A stretch of DNA of 63,367 nucleotides, counting the filler, from Anaerolineae bacterium (GTDB lineage: Bacteria; Chloroflexota; Anaerolineae; Epilineales; Epilineaceae): the NCBI GenBank assembly GCA_029262755.1. It is 8 parts of 8 records of this genome, joined end to end, with 100 filler letters (N's around TTAATTAATTAA, not from the genome) between each part and the next. Parts side by side here need not be neighbours in the genome. Positions count along the whole stretch, not along the records: positions 1 to 6,550 come from JAJCYU010000197.1; positions 6,651 to 29,021 come from JAJCYU010000198.1; 6 more parts are not named here. The stretch is one strand, 5' to 3'. Position numbers and translations under genes: made by a program. Positions 1 to 10,175 of the stretch are shown here, one piece after another (the stretch's first letter is position 1; each line of letters starts with the position of its first letter). The notes beneath the pieces are model-generated. The model searched no databases and was not told where the DNA came from. It saw only the letters and a list, made by a program, of their open reading frames with translations.

Positions 1-365
1 AACGAGCGCACGCTGCCAAAGGTGCGTTCCCCGAAAAACAGGACCCCGCCGAGCGAGGCGATCGTGACACCGTAGATCCATGGCGAAAGAACCGCGAGAA
101 CACGCGGGTCCGTGAGGGCCAAGACAACCAGGAAGGCCAGCCCGGCAGCGGCGAAGCTCAGCTGCTTGAGGACCAGGTCGTCCCACCAATGGGTCACCGG
201 CTCGCCGCGTAGCGTGGCGCTGTAGATCATGGCCGCACCGAAGCCGATTGCCATCAAGGCAGCGAGGATGAGCGTCCAATCGATCGCACGCAGCCGGCGC
301 CAATGCCACGGGCTGGTCGAGCGCGCCGCGGAACCGCCCGGCAGCGCGGTCCGCGCGCCGATCAT
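1..365 (-). CDS. rodA: Rod shape-determining protein RodA (SEDS family), N-terminal part, runs off the window start
   Basis: Not in the ORF track. Hand translation from the ATG at 365 (ATGA overlap with the minE stop) gives MIGARTALP...RAIDWTLILAALMAIGFGAAMIYSAT...LKQLSFAAAG, a typical FtsW/RodA N-terminus. Follows minE. Confidence 0.88.
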   Translation of the reverse strand, partial: MIGARTALPGGSAARSTSPWHWRRLRAIDWTLILAALMAIGFGAAMIYSATLRGEPVTHWWDDLVLKQLSFAAAGLAFLVVLALTDPRVLAVLSPWIYGVTIASLGGVLFFGERTFGSVRS

Positions 366-625
366 TGTTTGTCGCTCGCGGCCCTGCCCAATGGGATCTC
401 CGCCACAAGGCGGCCCCCGGCCTCAAGCTTCACCTCGACCTGGCCGTTGCCGAGCGTCACGTGGCGGCTGATCGCCTCGATGATGTCGTCCCGGATCTGG
501 TCGAGCTGGGCCGGCGTCAGCTTGGCGCGGTCATATTCCAATACGAGTTTCAGTCGATCGCGCGCGACCTCTCCGGAGGCTGCCGGAGACCGCGAACCGC
601 CGAACAAACGTTGAAGGAAGCTCAT
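362..625 (-). CDS. minE: Cell division topological specificity factor MinE
   Basis: SGEVARDRLKLVLEYDR and IRDDIIEAISRHV motifs; overlaps the minD stop. Confidence 0.95.
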   Translation of the reverse strand: MSFLQRLFGGSRSPAASGEVARDRLKLVLEYDRAKLTPAQLDQIRDDIIEAISRHVTLGNGQVEVKLEAGGRLVAEIPLGRAASDKQ

Positions 626-1458
626 GAACGGCCTCCGTCTGCGGCCGGCCCAGCCCGAAACAGACTGGAAATGCGGCCCAACAGCCCGGTGTCTTCTACG
701 GTGATTGGCAGGAGCGGCACATCCTCGCCAGCGATTCGGGCCGCGATGTTGTGAAAGGCCTGGCCGGCGCGCGACCCGTCGACCAGGGCCACGGGCTCGC
801 CGCGGTTCGTTGCGGCCACGATGGACCCGTCCTCAGGCACCACGCCGAGGATGCTGACCCGCAGGATGTCGAGCACGTCTTCGGTGGTCATCATGTCACC
901 GCGCGCGACCAACTCCGGCTTGATGCGGTTGAGCACGAGGCGGGGCGACGGCTTGCCGGCTGCTTCCACGAGCCCGATCACCCGGTCGGCATCGCGCACG
1001 GCGGACACCTCGGGCGTCGTGACAAGCACGACCTCGTCGGCCGGTGCAACGGCGTTGCGGAATCCTTGCTCGATCCCCGCCGGCGAATCGATGATCACGT
1101 AGTCGACGTGGTTGCGAAGGGCTTCGCATACCTCGATCATCTCTTCGGGAGAAACATCGTCCTTGTCGCTGTGTTGATCCGCGGCGAGCAGGGATAGCCC
1201 TGCGACACGCTTGTCTCGAATCAACGCTCGCTCCGCGTCTACCGCGCCGCGCACGACGTGCAAGATGTTGTAGACGACCCGGTTCTCAAGCCCCATGACT
1301 ACGTCGAGATTGCGCAGTCCAATATCCCCATCCACGACCGCGACGCGCAGGCCGCGGCGCGCGAGGGCCACGCCGATGTTCGCCGAAGCAGTCGTCTTGC
1401 CGACACCGCCCTTACCCGACGTGATCGTGATGATCCGCCCACCGGCCGTCCCGTTCAT
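622..1458 (-). CDS. minD: Septum site-determining ATPase MinD
   Basis: Deviant Walker A SGKGGVGKTT, DIGLRNLD, IDSPAGIEQGF, TTPEVSAVRDADR and a C-terminal amphipathic helix (GLLGRISSLFR). Start placed at MNGTAGG (ORF track starts at 1509). Confidence 0.96.
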   Translation of the reverse strand: MNGTAGGRIITITSGKGGVGKTTASANIGVALARRGLRVAVVDGDIGLRNLDVVMGLENRVVYNILHVVRGAVDAERALIRDKRVAGLSLLAADQHSDKDDVSPEEMIEVCEALRNHVDYVIIDSPAGIEQGFRNAVAPADEVVLVTTPEVSAVRDADRVIGLVEAAGKPSPRLVLNRIKPELVARGDMMTTEDVLDILRVSILGVVPEDGSIVAATNRGEPVALVDGSRAGQAFHNIAARIAGEDVPLLPITVEDTGLLGRISSLFRAGPAADGGRS

Positions 1459-1638
1459 CGAATCGTTTCTCCCTGGCATGGGCGCGAGGCGCCGCCGCCC
1501 ATAATACATGAAGCCTTGCCGCGCGTCGTTTCCGCGCCGGTCGCAAGGGTTCGGACGCGTTGAAGGTTCCGGTCACGTGGGCGCTTCGGCACCCTTTGTT
1601 CGCGCATCGAATGATGGAACGCGCCCTAGGGTCGCGCC

Positions 1639-2310
1639 CTAACTCCAGGCATCGACCTCGATGGCGCCGTCTCGTTCTCGAGCGACCTCAGGCACGGGAA
1701 CACGGCCAGGCTCTTCGGGCGCGCGCGCGATCGCATTGCCGATGCGCAGCTGCGTTGGTGCCAAGTTCAACGCGCTCACGCTGCTATCCTCGAACACCCG
1801 ACCCGCTTCCACTGTGCCGCGCAGATGGCCCCACACCACGACGCTGCCACCGGCCACGATCTCCGCGCCGGGATTCACGTCGCCAAGCACGAGAATGGGG
1901 CCATCGTGCACGACGCGCTGACCTGACCGAAGCGATCGGCGCACGACGAGGGCAGCGTCCTCCGGTACGGCGGATTCGTTGGGCCGCGCCGCCTGACTGC
2001 GCGGCGCGCTAGGCGATGTCTCGACGTCGACGCCCCGCGACTCCACCCGAACCAGGTGCATCCCACCCTCGCGTAACAGCGCCGCAAGACGCTGGGCGAG
2101 CACGAGGTCCAACTCTCCGTCGGGCAACTCCAGGCTCACGGGCGCGCCGGCGAAGAAGCCCCCGGCGCGGCGCTCGAGCTGTTCGCGCAGGCTCCTTTCG
2201 GCGGCATCGACCGCAACGCCATCGCGCACGCTGACGCGCAGCGAGCGTCCGCGGCCGCGCACGGTCACGGGCAACGGCGGCGGCACGGGCTGTTCGCGAA
2301 GGTTGCTCAT
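1639..2310 (-). CDS. minC: Septum site-determining protein MinC
   Basis: C-terminal beta-helix motifs RSLRSGQ, LGDVNPGAEIVAGG, VWGHLRG and PTQLRIG. Confidence 0.95.
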   Translation of the reverse strand: MSNLREQPVPPPLPVTVRGRGRSLRVSVRDGVAVDAAERSLREQLERRAGGFFAGAPVSLELPDGELDLVLAQRLAALLREGGMHLVRVESRGVDVETSPSAPRSQAARPNESAVPEDAALVVRRSLRSGQRVVHDGPILVLGDVNPGAEIVAGGSVVVWGHLRGTVEAGRVFEDSSVSALNLAPTQLRIGNAIARAPEEPGRVPVPEVARERDGAIEVDAWS

Positions 2311-4484
2311 GGCCCCTCTCCGGATGCGGGCGTCTCGGAATCCGACTCAGGACAATCGCCGCCTTCCGGACAGGGGTTTGGGGTGGTGCTGGTGGCGTCG
2401 GCGGAGCGACGGGGCGGCAGATCGAAGAAGGTGCGCAGAACGTCGGCCGCGATCGGGGCCGCGACCTCGGAGCCCTGGATGACATCGTCGAGCCCCGAAC
2501 CGTCCACGAAAACAGCCAGCGCGATCTGCGGGTCCTCGGCCGGTGCAAAGGCGACGAACCAGGCGTGCGTCAGCAGGTTGCCCTCCGCGTCGCGCCGACA
2601 ATCCGCGAGGCGCGGGTCCCAGTCACAGAATTCAGCCGTGCCGGTCTTGGCGCCGATCGCGATCTCCGTAGGCAGACCGCTCAACCAAGGCTGCGCCGTG
2701 CCATATTCCACGGCGCCGCGCATGCCCTCGCGCACGGCGGCCAAATGGGCGCCATCCACCGGCAAGCGGCCCAGCTCCCCACCCGGACGCGGAATGCTGC
2801 GGGCCGGCTCTCGCTCGACCATCGTCTCGACACGCTCGATGAGGTGGGGCCGATAGAGAATGCCACCGTTGGCGACGGCGGCTACGGCGTTGGCCATCTG
2901 CAACGGAGATGCCAACACATCGCCCTGGCCGATCCCCATGTTGTAGGTTCGACCCGTCGTCCACACTTCACCGTTGAGCGCCGCCAGCCACGCGGGTGTC
3001 GGGACGAGCCCAGCCGCCTCGCCGTACAATTCAATCTCCGTCGTGCGACCCAGACCGAAGGACCGAGCGAACTCCGCTAGGCGATCGCTTCCCAAGCCAG
3101 CCTGGTTGGCACCCTGCTCGTAGTACCCGCCTGCGACCTCGTAGAAAAACACGTCGCAGGAATTCGCGAGTGCGCCGACCACGTTGAGTGCCCCGTGACC
3201 GCTACGGAGCCAACAGACGAAATCGTAGGTAATCTCCGGATTGTATTGGTTGGGCAGGCGGATTACGCCTGGATCGCGAATCGTCGTGGCGCGATTGATG
3301 TTGCCGTCTTGGAGGGCTCCCGCGGCCGTAATGATCTTAAACGTGGAGCCGGGCGGCTGCCCGACGATGGCACGGTTGACCAGCGGCCGCGTCGGGTTTG
3401 ATAGAAGGGCGACGAACTCATCCGGACTCGCACCGGTTGAGAACAGATTGTTGTCGTAGTTCGGCAGCGTGACCAAGGCGCGAACGGCGCCGTCACGTGG
3501 ATCCACGGCGGCAACCGCGCCGGCCTTGGCCCCAACGCGTGCTAACCCTTCCGCAAGCGCTTCTTCGACAGCGCGTTGAAACGACAGGCTCAAGGTCATG
3601 CGCAGGTTGTCGCCGGGCAGGGGAGGGCGGTCTACCCGCACCTCAGCCAGCTCCTTGCCCATCACGTCCACCATGACGGTGCGGCTGCCTTTGTCTCCGC
3701 GCAAGACGTCTTCGTAGGTTGCTTCCACGGCGTCGCGGCCGACGACATCGAAGATCCGGTAGCCGCGCTCTCGATAATCGGACACGGTCTCTTCAGGGAT
3801 CGAGCCCGTGAAACCCAGCAAGTGGGCCATTGTCGGGCCGGCGGGATATTCGCGAACGGAGCCACGCTCCACGATCACACCGGGCAGCGACGTGCCCGCT
3901 TCCTGTAGGAGGAACGCCGCTTCGCGTGATACGTTCCTATCCACGGGGATAGGGCTCCAGCCCGCCCACGCAACGGCGCCGTCCTCATCACGCGGCAAGT
4001 AGCTCTCGAGGCTGCGGCGCTGACCGAAAATCTCGCCGAGCGCCTCGTCCTGTTCGATCCGCGCCGCGTCGCGCACACCGGCGCGACCGACACGCGGGCT
4101 GGCACTGCGACTGCGCCACGGACGGCGCACCACGTTGGCGACCTGCGACATCACGCGTTCACGTTCCAGCGGTGTCAGCTCACCGAGTGCGGCCGGAACC
4201 ACGCTCACCGTCCAGCGCGGCACGTTGAACACGACCTGCTGACCTTCACGATCGTAGATCACGCCGCGATCCGCTTCGATCTCCCGCGGTACGAAGCGAT
4301 TCGACTGCGCCTGCGCGCGCAACGAAGGGCCGCGAACCGCTTGGATGTACCACAGTCGCGCGGCCAAGAGCGCGATCACGCCGACGAGCGCAAGCTGAAG
4401 TACGGCGAGTCGTCGCACCGAGGCGACGCCGGTGACCGGCGTCGCCAGCTCCGCGGGCCGAGGTGCAGGAGGTAGCCGGCTCAC
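2307..4484 (-). CDS. mrdA: Penicillin-binding protein 2 (class B transpeptidase)
   Basis: N-terminal TM helix, RGVIYDR, SxxK (PGSTFK), SxD (SCDVFFY) and KTG (KTGTAE); lies between mreD and minC. Confidence 0.95.
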   Translation of the reverse strand: MSRLPPAPRPAELATPVTGVASVRRLAVLQLALVGVIALLAARLWYIQAVRGPSLRAQAQSNRFVPREIEADRGVIYDREGQQVVFNVPRWTVSVVPAALGELTPLERERVMSQVANVVRRPWRSRSASPRVGRAGVRDAARIEQDEALGEIFGQRRSLESYLPRDEDGAVAWAGWSPIPVDRNVSREAAFLLQEAGTSLPGVIVERGSVREYPAGPTMAHLLGFTGSIPEETVSDYRERGYRIFDVVGRDAVEATYEDVLRGDKGSRTVMVDVMGKELAEVRVDRPPLPGDNLRMTLSLSFQRAVEEALAEGLARVGAKAGAVAAVDPRDGAVRALVTLPNYDNNLFSTGASPDEFVALLSNPTRPLVNRAIVGQPPGSTFKIITAAGALQDGNINRATTIRDPGVIRLPNQYNPEITYDFVCWLRSGHGALNVVGALANSCDVFFYEVAGGYYEQGANQAGLGSDRLAEFARSFGLGRTTEIELYGEAAGLVPTPAWLAALNGEVWTTGRTYNMGIGQGDVLASPLQMANAVAAVANGGILYRPHLIERVETMVEREPARSIPRPGGELGRLPVDGAHLAAVREGMRGAVEYGTAQPWLSGLPTEIAIGAKTGTAEFCDWDPRLADCRRDAEGNLLTHAWFVAFAPAEDPQIALAVFVDGSGLDDVIQGSEVAAPIAADVLRTFFDLPPRRSADATSTTPNPCPEGGDCPESDSETPASGEGP

Positions 4485-4996
4485 CGGCTACCCCATTCCA
4501 TGCGGGGGCCTGCGCCCTTGCGAGCGAGTGCGCGCAGAGGAACGTAGACCACCGGCAGCCAGAGCAAGTTCAATGCGAGAATGGGCAGCAAGGTCGCGCT
4601 GAGATCCGTGACGTTCCAAGGCACATAGCCGCCCCGAACGAAGGATAGGAGCGCGAGCTGGCCAAGGCTGTACACGGCGGTGCCGATCACCGTCATGATC
4701 ATGGGCAAGACGAAATGCGTGCCGAACGCAACATCGCGTCCACCGGTGGTTACCCAGGCAGCAGCCAGGAGCGGGAGGGTATAGAAGCCAACAGGCAGCG
4801 GCGAGAGCTGATCGAGCATCAAGCCGAGGAAGAGGGCCCAGATAAAGCCATTCCGTGGGCCCCGCAGTAGGCCCCAAACGATCACGCACAGCAGGGCCCA
4901 TTCCGGCTGCGCTCCACCGAGCGAAGCGGCCGGTGCCACGGTAGCCTGGAGCAACGCAACGGATACAAGCAGCGCGATGGTCGCGTAGACGTTCAC
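4481..4996 (-). CDS. mreD: Rod shape-determining protein MreD
   Basis: 171-aa hydrophobic protein with LLQAT...QPEWALL...GLMLD, between mreC and mrdA. Confidence 0.88.
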   Translation of the reverse strand: MNVYATIALLVSVALLQATVAPAASLGGAQPEWALLCVIVWGLLRGPRNGFIWALFLGLMLDQLSPLPVGFYTLPLLAAAWVTTGGRDVAFGTHFVLPMIMTVIGTAVYSLGQLALLSFVRGGYVPWNVTDLSATLLPILALNLLWLPVVYVPLRALARKGAGPRMEWGSR

Positions 4997-5003
4997 GCGG
5001 CCG

Positions 5004-5906
5004 TCATCCGTCGCTGCTGCCGCCCACCGCGCCCTCGAGGCTCGGTTCTTCGCCTATGCCGGGATCCGGTCGCCAATCCGTGATGACAAGCACCAGATCC
5101 AATTCGTCGAAGGTCACAAAGGGCCGAACCACCGCCTCTTGGGTCGGCCGTTCGTCGCTCTGCAAGACCTCCACGACCTGGCCGATGGGAATCATGGGCG
5201 GGAAGTGTGCCGCGCCGGAAAGCCCGCTGGAGTAGACGAGGTCGCCCACCTGTACGCGCTCGTCTTCACCCGAAACATTCTGGGGGATGTAGCGCAGCAG
5301 CAAGCGTCCTGACGGCGAGCCGGAGAGGAGGCCGGTGGCCAAGGTCCGTTCGATCCGCGCACCAACACTCGACTCGGCATCGAGGATCAATTGGACGTGG
5401 GCACTGCGATCCAACACGCGCGTCACCCGCCCAACCAACCCACGATTGCTCGCCACGGGATCACCGAGGGCTACGCCCTGCGCGTGACCTGCGTCGATCC
5501 AAGCTCCGTGTACGAGGCTGCCAGGCTCGCGCGCAAAGGTGCTCGCCTGCACGCTCGCACCACGCAAATCCAGATCGATGCGTGCCCGCTTGAAGGCAAG
5601 CAACTCGCGCAGCCGGTCGTTCTCTCGTGTCACTTCGCCTAGCTTCGCATTGTCGATCTTCAGCTCCGCGTTCTCCCGCTCGAGCGCTTCCAAGCGCTCG
5701 AGCGCCACCGCGGAGTTTCCGGGCGCGGACCACAAGACTCTGGCCTGCTTGCCGAACGCATCGGCGACGTTGGCGACCGGCGCCAACACCCGACCCAATC
5801 CGTCGTTCACCATCGCCACACCGGGCCATCCCTGGATGAACGTCATCGACAGCACGACGAGCAATCCGGCCATCATCCAGCGCGGGCGCGTGTCTCGGCG
5901 TCGCAC
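5004..5906 (-). CDS. mreC: Rod shape-determining protein MreC
   Basis: TM helix, coiled coil ending ENDRLRELL, GLVGRV, VGDLVYSSGL and PIGQV. Confidence 0.93.
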   Translation of the reverse strand: MRRRDTRPRWMMAGLLVVLSMTFIQGWPGVAMVNDGLGRVLAPVANVADAFGKQARVLWSAPGNSAVALERLEALERENAELKIDNAKLGEVTRENDRLRELLAFKRARIDLDLRGASVQASTFAREPGSLVHGAWIDAGHAQGVALGDPVASNRGLVGRVTRVLDRSAHVQLILDAESSVGARIERTLATGLLSGSPSGRLLLRYIPQNVSGEDERVQVGDLVYSSGLSGAAHFPPMIPIGQVVEVLQSDERPTQEAVVRPFVTFDELDLVLVITDWRPDPGIGEEPSLEGAVGGSSDG

Positions 5907-5911
5907 GTCCG

Positions 5912-6550
5912 CTACACCCTGCCCGCCACGGAGCCGCTGCCGGCAAAGTGCTCACGCTGCGTCGAGGCCAGGACCGGCGCCAGGTTATCCAGGTCCTCCA
6001 GGACGAGCCCCGCACCACGGGCCACGCAGGCCATGGGGTGCTTGGCGACCTTGACCTCCATCTTGCACTCGGCGGTCAGCCGGGTGGCGAGACCACGAAG
6101 GAGCGCGCCGCCGCCGGCCAACACGATCCCGTGTTCCATCAGGTCCGCAACCAGCTCGGGCGGCGTGTCGTCGATCGCGTCTTTGACGACGTCGATGATC
6201 GTTTGCACCGGACCCGCGAGCGCTTCTCGAATCTCGATGGAGGATACCTCGATGGCCTGCGGCAAACCGGTCAACAGGCTGCGGCCGCGCATCGACATGG
6301 TCAGCTCTTCCTCGAGCGGATACGCCGAGCCGATCTCGTGCTTCAAGGACTCGGCCATGCGCTCACCGATCGCGAGGTTGTAGCGCTTGCGCGCATAGTC
6401 GATGATGGCCTCGTCGAGCTCGTCGCCCGCAACGCGCAGCGATCGAGCGACCACGATCCCGCCGAGCGACAGCACGGCGACCTCTGTGGTTCCACCGCCG
6501 ATATCGACGATCATACTGCCCATGGAGGCAGTGACGGGCAGACCCGCGCC
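5912..6550 (-). CDS. mreB: Rod shape-determining protein MreB, C-terminal part (5' end lost in gap)
   Basis: MIVDIGGGTTEVAV, AGDELDEAI, IGERMAE and GIVLAGGGALLRGL actin-fold motifs. Confidence 0.96.
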   Translation of the reverse strand, partial: GAGLPVTASMGSMIVDIGGGTTEVAVLSLGGIVVARSLRVAGDELDEAIIDYARKRYNLAIGERMAESLKHEIGSAYPLEEELTMSMRGRSLLTGLPQAIEVSSIEIREALAGPVQTIIDVVKDAIDDTPPELVADLMEHGIVLAGGGALLRGLATRLTAECKMEVKVAKHPMACVARGAGLVLEDLDNLAPVLASTQREHFAGSGSVAGRV

Positions 6551-6650
6551 NNNNNNNNNNNNNNNNNNNNNNNNNNNNNNNNNNNNNNNNNNNNTTAATT
6601 AATTAANNNNNNNNNNNNNNNNNNNNNNNNNNNNNNNNNNNNNNNNNNNN
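6551..6650. other. Artificial contig linker; identical linkers at 29022-29121, 43308-43407, 47084-47183, 51338-51437, 54300-54399 and 60146-60245
   Basis: Each is 100 nt of N flanking TTAATTAATTAA, which gives stops in all six frames; genes are cut at the boundaries. Confidence 0.98.
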
Positions 6651-7872
6651 GGTGGCGCTCCCGGCGGCGCTCATGCCTGTTGCGTCGTTCGCGAACCCGC
6701 TGCATTCGATTGGCGGCGCTGGAATCGGTCTCCAGATCGCCCATCACGGACAACTTCGCCGTGCCGCCCGCATTCAAGCGCACCGGGGCGCCACCGCCGC
6801 CCACCTTGCCCGACCACGTCCGTGATCCGCCGCGCGTCTCGACCTCGGCGTTGGGCGCATGAACGCGAACCATCCCGGCTGCAGCAATGTCGATATCGTG
6901 GCTCGCCCCTTCGGCCAGCTCGCACTTGAGGCTGCCACCGGCCGATACGTCGCACGATTGTCCGCCCGCGAGCGAGAGCCGGGCGTTCCCACCGGCACTC
7001 GCCTGGATGGCACCGTGGACTTCGGCGGCCTTGAGATGTCCGCCGACACGCTCAATGGTCAGGTCGCCGTGCACGCCTTGCACCTTCGCATGGCCGGCGA
7101 TGGTCTCGGCCACGAAGCTGCCGTGGATGTCGCGCACCTTCGCATGCCCGCCGACGCGCTCCATGCGCACCGGGCCGTGAATGTCGCGCAACGAGGCGTG
7201 GGCCCCGACACGCTCCACGGAGAGCGAGCCGTGTATCACGCGCGCAGCGAGGTGCGCGCCGACGAGGCGGGCGACGGTGGGCCCGGTCTCGCGAAGGCTC
7301 AGCGATGCCCCCACTGCATCGACGGAAATGGGACCGTGTACGCCTTCGATCTCCAAGTCAGCCGGCAGCTTGCCTTCCGTGGACACCTGCACGTGGGCCG
7401 GCACCGATATGACGGCGTCGCCCTCGATTACGACGACCGTCGTCGTGCCCTCCGTATGCTGCTCGATCCGGCCCGGATGCTTCGCATCGGGCGGTGTGTG
7501 CGCGGCGACGTCGTCCCGATCCTCGCCGACGACCCGGATGGAGCCGTGTTCTACTTCGCGCGACTCCGCGGGCCACGGTCGCAGCATAACGTGCTGGCCG
7601 CCGCCACCGCCATGCGCATGGCGCCGCCACCGTTCGGGCGCCCCGTCGGAAGGGGCTTCGTCCGGAATTACGTCGCCCGCAGGAAAGGACACAGCGCCTT
7701 CCGCGTGCCGGGTCGGCGGCTCCGGTGGAGTCGGCGCGGACGGCGGCGGCGGGGGGGCAGGAGGCTCGGGCAGCGAGGGGGCTGCGGGCGGAATGGGTGC
7801 AACAGGCGGGGTCGGGGGTGTGGGGGCTGTGGGCACGGTCGGCTCCGTTGGGTTCGCAGGCTGGTCGTTCAT
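6651..7872 (-). CDS. DUF4097-like beta-strand repeat (adhesin-like) protein with Pro-rich N-terminus, 3' end truncated by gap
   Basis: Repeated units such as VERVGAHASLRDIHGP, MERVGGHAKVRDIHGS and AETIAGHAKVQGVHGD; translationally coupled to the DUF2089 gene, a common pairing. Confidence 0.7.
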
Positions 7873-8264
7873 TCGTCGTCCTTCGCTCCATGAAGTTGGC
7901 GCAGCGCCGTCTGCGCGTCGATGTCACCGGCGTCCAAGGCGTCCAAGATTCGCTGGCGCGCCTCTTCATCGAGCGCGGGCTCGGCTGCATCATCGCCGCC
8001 CGGCTCGTAGCCGAGCGCGCGAATCACTTCGTGCAATCGGCCGCGCAAGGTGGGGTAGCTCAGCTCCATCTCCCGCTCCATGCGCGTGAACTTGCCCTCG
8101 CAACGCACGAACGTCTCCACGAAGGCCAACTGCTCACGGCTGAGGGCGCCGAGCGCACCCTGGTCGAAGCGCCCCTCGATGGCAACGTCGCAGTCGGGAC
8201 ACCACAAGCGGGTCACCGCGAGGGCACCTTCGCACGAAGGGCAGCGGGTCAAGACGGGTTTCAT
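7869..8264 (-). CDS. DUF2089 family protein (zinc ribbon plus HTH-like domain)
   Basis: CPSC...CPDC ribbon and FVETFVRCEGKFTRMEREMELSYPTLRGRL; AAGGAG SD upstream of the ATG at 8264. Confidence 0.9.
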   Translation of the reverse strand: MKPVLTRCPSCEGALAVTRLWCPDCDVAIEGRFDQGALGALSREQLAFVETFVRCEGKFTRMEREMELSYPTLRGRLHEVIRALGYEPGGDDAAEPALDEEARQRILDALDAGDIDAQTALRQLHGAKDDE

Positions 8265-8310
8265 GAGCACTCCTTGCGATTCTCGTAGTCACCATCGTGA
8301 TTCCTCGGCC

Positions 8311-8338
8311 AGGATACGGATTCGGAATCAATTGTCAA
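8311..8338 (-). promoter_or_regulatory. Putative sigma70 promoter of the DUF2089 operon
   Basis: Minus strand reads TTGACA-N16-TATCCT in an AT-rich patch. Confidence 0.55.
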
Positions 8339-8593
8339 GACCTATATTGATTTTCCTGATATTGAACATCGGTTTTCGAAGATTGCCGCGATGCAGCAAT
8401 TGAGAACGGCATTCGCGAGGACGAGAGCCGAGACCAAGTCGCAAGGGGTTGCAGGTGAGGCGGGAGGTGAGGCTAGGTGTGTGAGTTGGGGTGGGGGGGG
8501 ACAGCACTATCGGACGAGCGGCGGCCAGGCGACACACCGTGGCTGCGCGAGGCGCGCACCACTGGTCACGACGAACCTAAGCCTTTCGCAATG

Positions 8594-10009
8594 CTATCCG
8601 CGCAAGATCGTCCCGTCTGCGACCTTGCGCTGCTCACCGATCTCCGAGCGGACGTGGACGTCACCCTCGCACACGATCCCAGCGCCGAAACGCACGTCGC
8701 CATCGATGCGCAGGCTGCGGCACTCGCGAAGGCTGGGCGCGCCGTAGGGAAAGCGCGCCTCGAAGGCATCGAGCGTCGAGAAATGGGCCGGATCAAGCTG
8801 GACCCGCGGGAGGGGCCGTCCCTGCTGGGCGAAGGCCGGCTCGACGACTACGTGCCAACGATCGTCCACCGCAAACACGTCCGAGCGCACAAGAAGGAGA
8901 TCATCGGTCCGCTTCACGGGAGCGAAGCGCGTTCGCGCGACCTCCACGGCCTGCGCGCCCGCGAACGCACCGATGGCCGCGCCCATCGCGGTCTCGAGCT
9001 GGTACACGGCCGGCGAGCGGGGATCGGCCGGCTCGATCGGCTTCCGGTTACGGATCAGGGGTAGGGGCAGCACGCCGTCGTTACGGGCTAGCGCTTCGGA
9101 TAGCGCATCCAGATCGAGCCAGAGGTTGTTCGTGTTGAAGTAGCGATAGCGCTCGATGTCCTGAAACGCGTCCTGCTCGTCGGGCGGGCACTGCGCCGAT
9201 TCGCGCAGCACCAGCGCGCCCTCGGCGCCGCGCGCGAGATGTCCGCCCTTGCGGTCGGCTTCGGTGCGGCGCGTGACCTCCATGACGAAGGGTAGGCCCT
9301 CCCGCGCCATCCAGCCCGCGATGCGTGGCTCGATGCCCGCGCCAAGATTGTCGCTGTTGCTTACGAAGGCATAGCGGTACCCGGCGGCGCGCAGCGTGTC
9401 CAACATGCCGCTCGAAACCAGCGCAGGGTAGAGATCGCCGTGCCCGGGCGGACACCACGTTCGCGCCTCGTCCGCCGCCCATTCGGCGGGTGCGAGATCG
9501 TCGACACGGATCTTGGGTACCCGGTGCTGGGTGAAATCCAGCGGGACGTCGCCGGCCAGGTCGGGATACGCGGACAGCGCTTCGAGGCTCGGCCCCCGGG
9601 TCGCGAAGCTGTTCATGAGCACGAGCGGCAGCCGTGCGCCGGTCGCTGCGCGCACGGAGAGCACCTGACGCGCGATGATGTCTAGAAACGTCAGCCCGTC
9701 CCGCACTTCAAGAAGCGATTTGGGCCCCCGCAATCCCATGCCTGTCCCAAGCCCACCGTTGAGCTTGAGCACCACCGTTGCGCCGAGGGCGGCCTCACCA
9801 TCGTCGCGATACTCCTCGAGACCATCGACGTGCGGCACGGTGGGCACGGGCTGCGCGTGCTCTCCGACGATCAAGCCCTCGTCGCCTGCCAGCAAACGTG
9901 CGTAATGGCTGCGAAACACGCGGATTGCGACCTCAGGCAGACCGCCCTCTCGCATACGCGCCGCGAAGGGCGCGAAGGCGGTGTCGAGGCGCTCGTGCTC
10001 GGCGTTCAT
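8594..10009 (-). CDS. UTP--glucose-1-phosphate uridylyltransferase, eukaryote-type UDPGP family
   Basis: LKLNGGLGTGMGLRGPKS, WCPPGHGDLY, SNSDNLGA, FNTNNLW, QLETAMGAAI and RFAPVK. Start placed at MNAEHERL. Confidence 0.93.
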   Translation of the reverse strand: MNAEHERLDTAFAPFAARMREGGLPEVAIRVFRSHYARLLAGDEGLIVGEHAQPVPTVPHVDGLEEYRDDGEAALGATVVLKLNGGLGTGMGLRGPKSLLEVRDGLTFLDIIARQVLSVRAATGARLPLVLMNSFATRGPSLEALSAYPDLAGDVPLDFTQHRVPKIRVDDLAPAEWAADEARTWCPPGHGDLYPALVSSGMLDTLRAAGYRYAFVSNSDNLGAGIEPRIAGWMAREGLPFVMEVTRRTEADRKGGHLARGAEGALVLRESAQCPPDEQDAFQDIERYRYFNTNNLWLDLDALSEALARNDGVLPLPLIRNRKPIEPADPRSPAVYQLETAMGAAIGAFAGAQAVEVARTRFAPVKRTDDLLLVRSDVFAVDDRWHVVVEPAFAQQGRPLPRVQLDPAHFSTLDAFEARFPYGAPSLRECRSLRIDGDVRFGAGIVCEGDVHVRSEIGEQRKVADGTILRG

Positions 10010-10175
10010 AGGAGCTCCGCGGGACGGTCTGGCGCGCGATTCCGGGGCGAAAGGCCGGCCGGGCATGATACCATGACGCTCGCTGCGGTCTTGAACGGTG
10101 GTTGGAATTCGGCTATAACCGCCGCGCTCGTCCCAACGCCGATGCTCCCCCCCGCTAAGCACGCAGGAGAGATCC

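Noticed and set aside
1..6550. mre/min/rodA cluster as a novelty
   Set aside because: It is an ordinary conserved cell-shape and division operon.
8364..8375. Second LexA-like box, GAACATCGGTTT
   Set aside because: One mismatch, a GC-containing spacer and a position outside the core promoter make it too weak to call.
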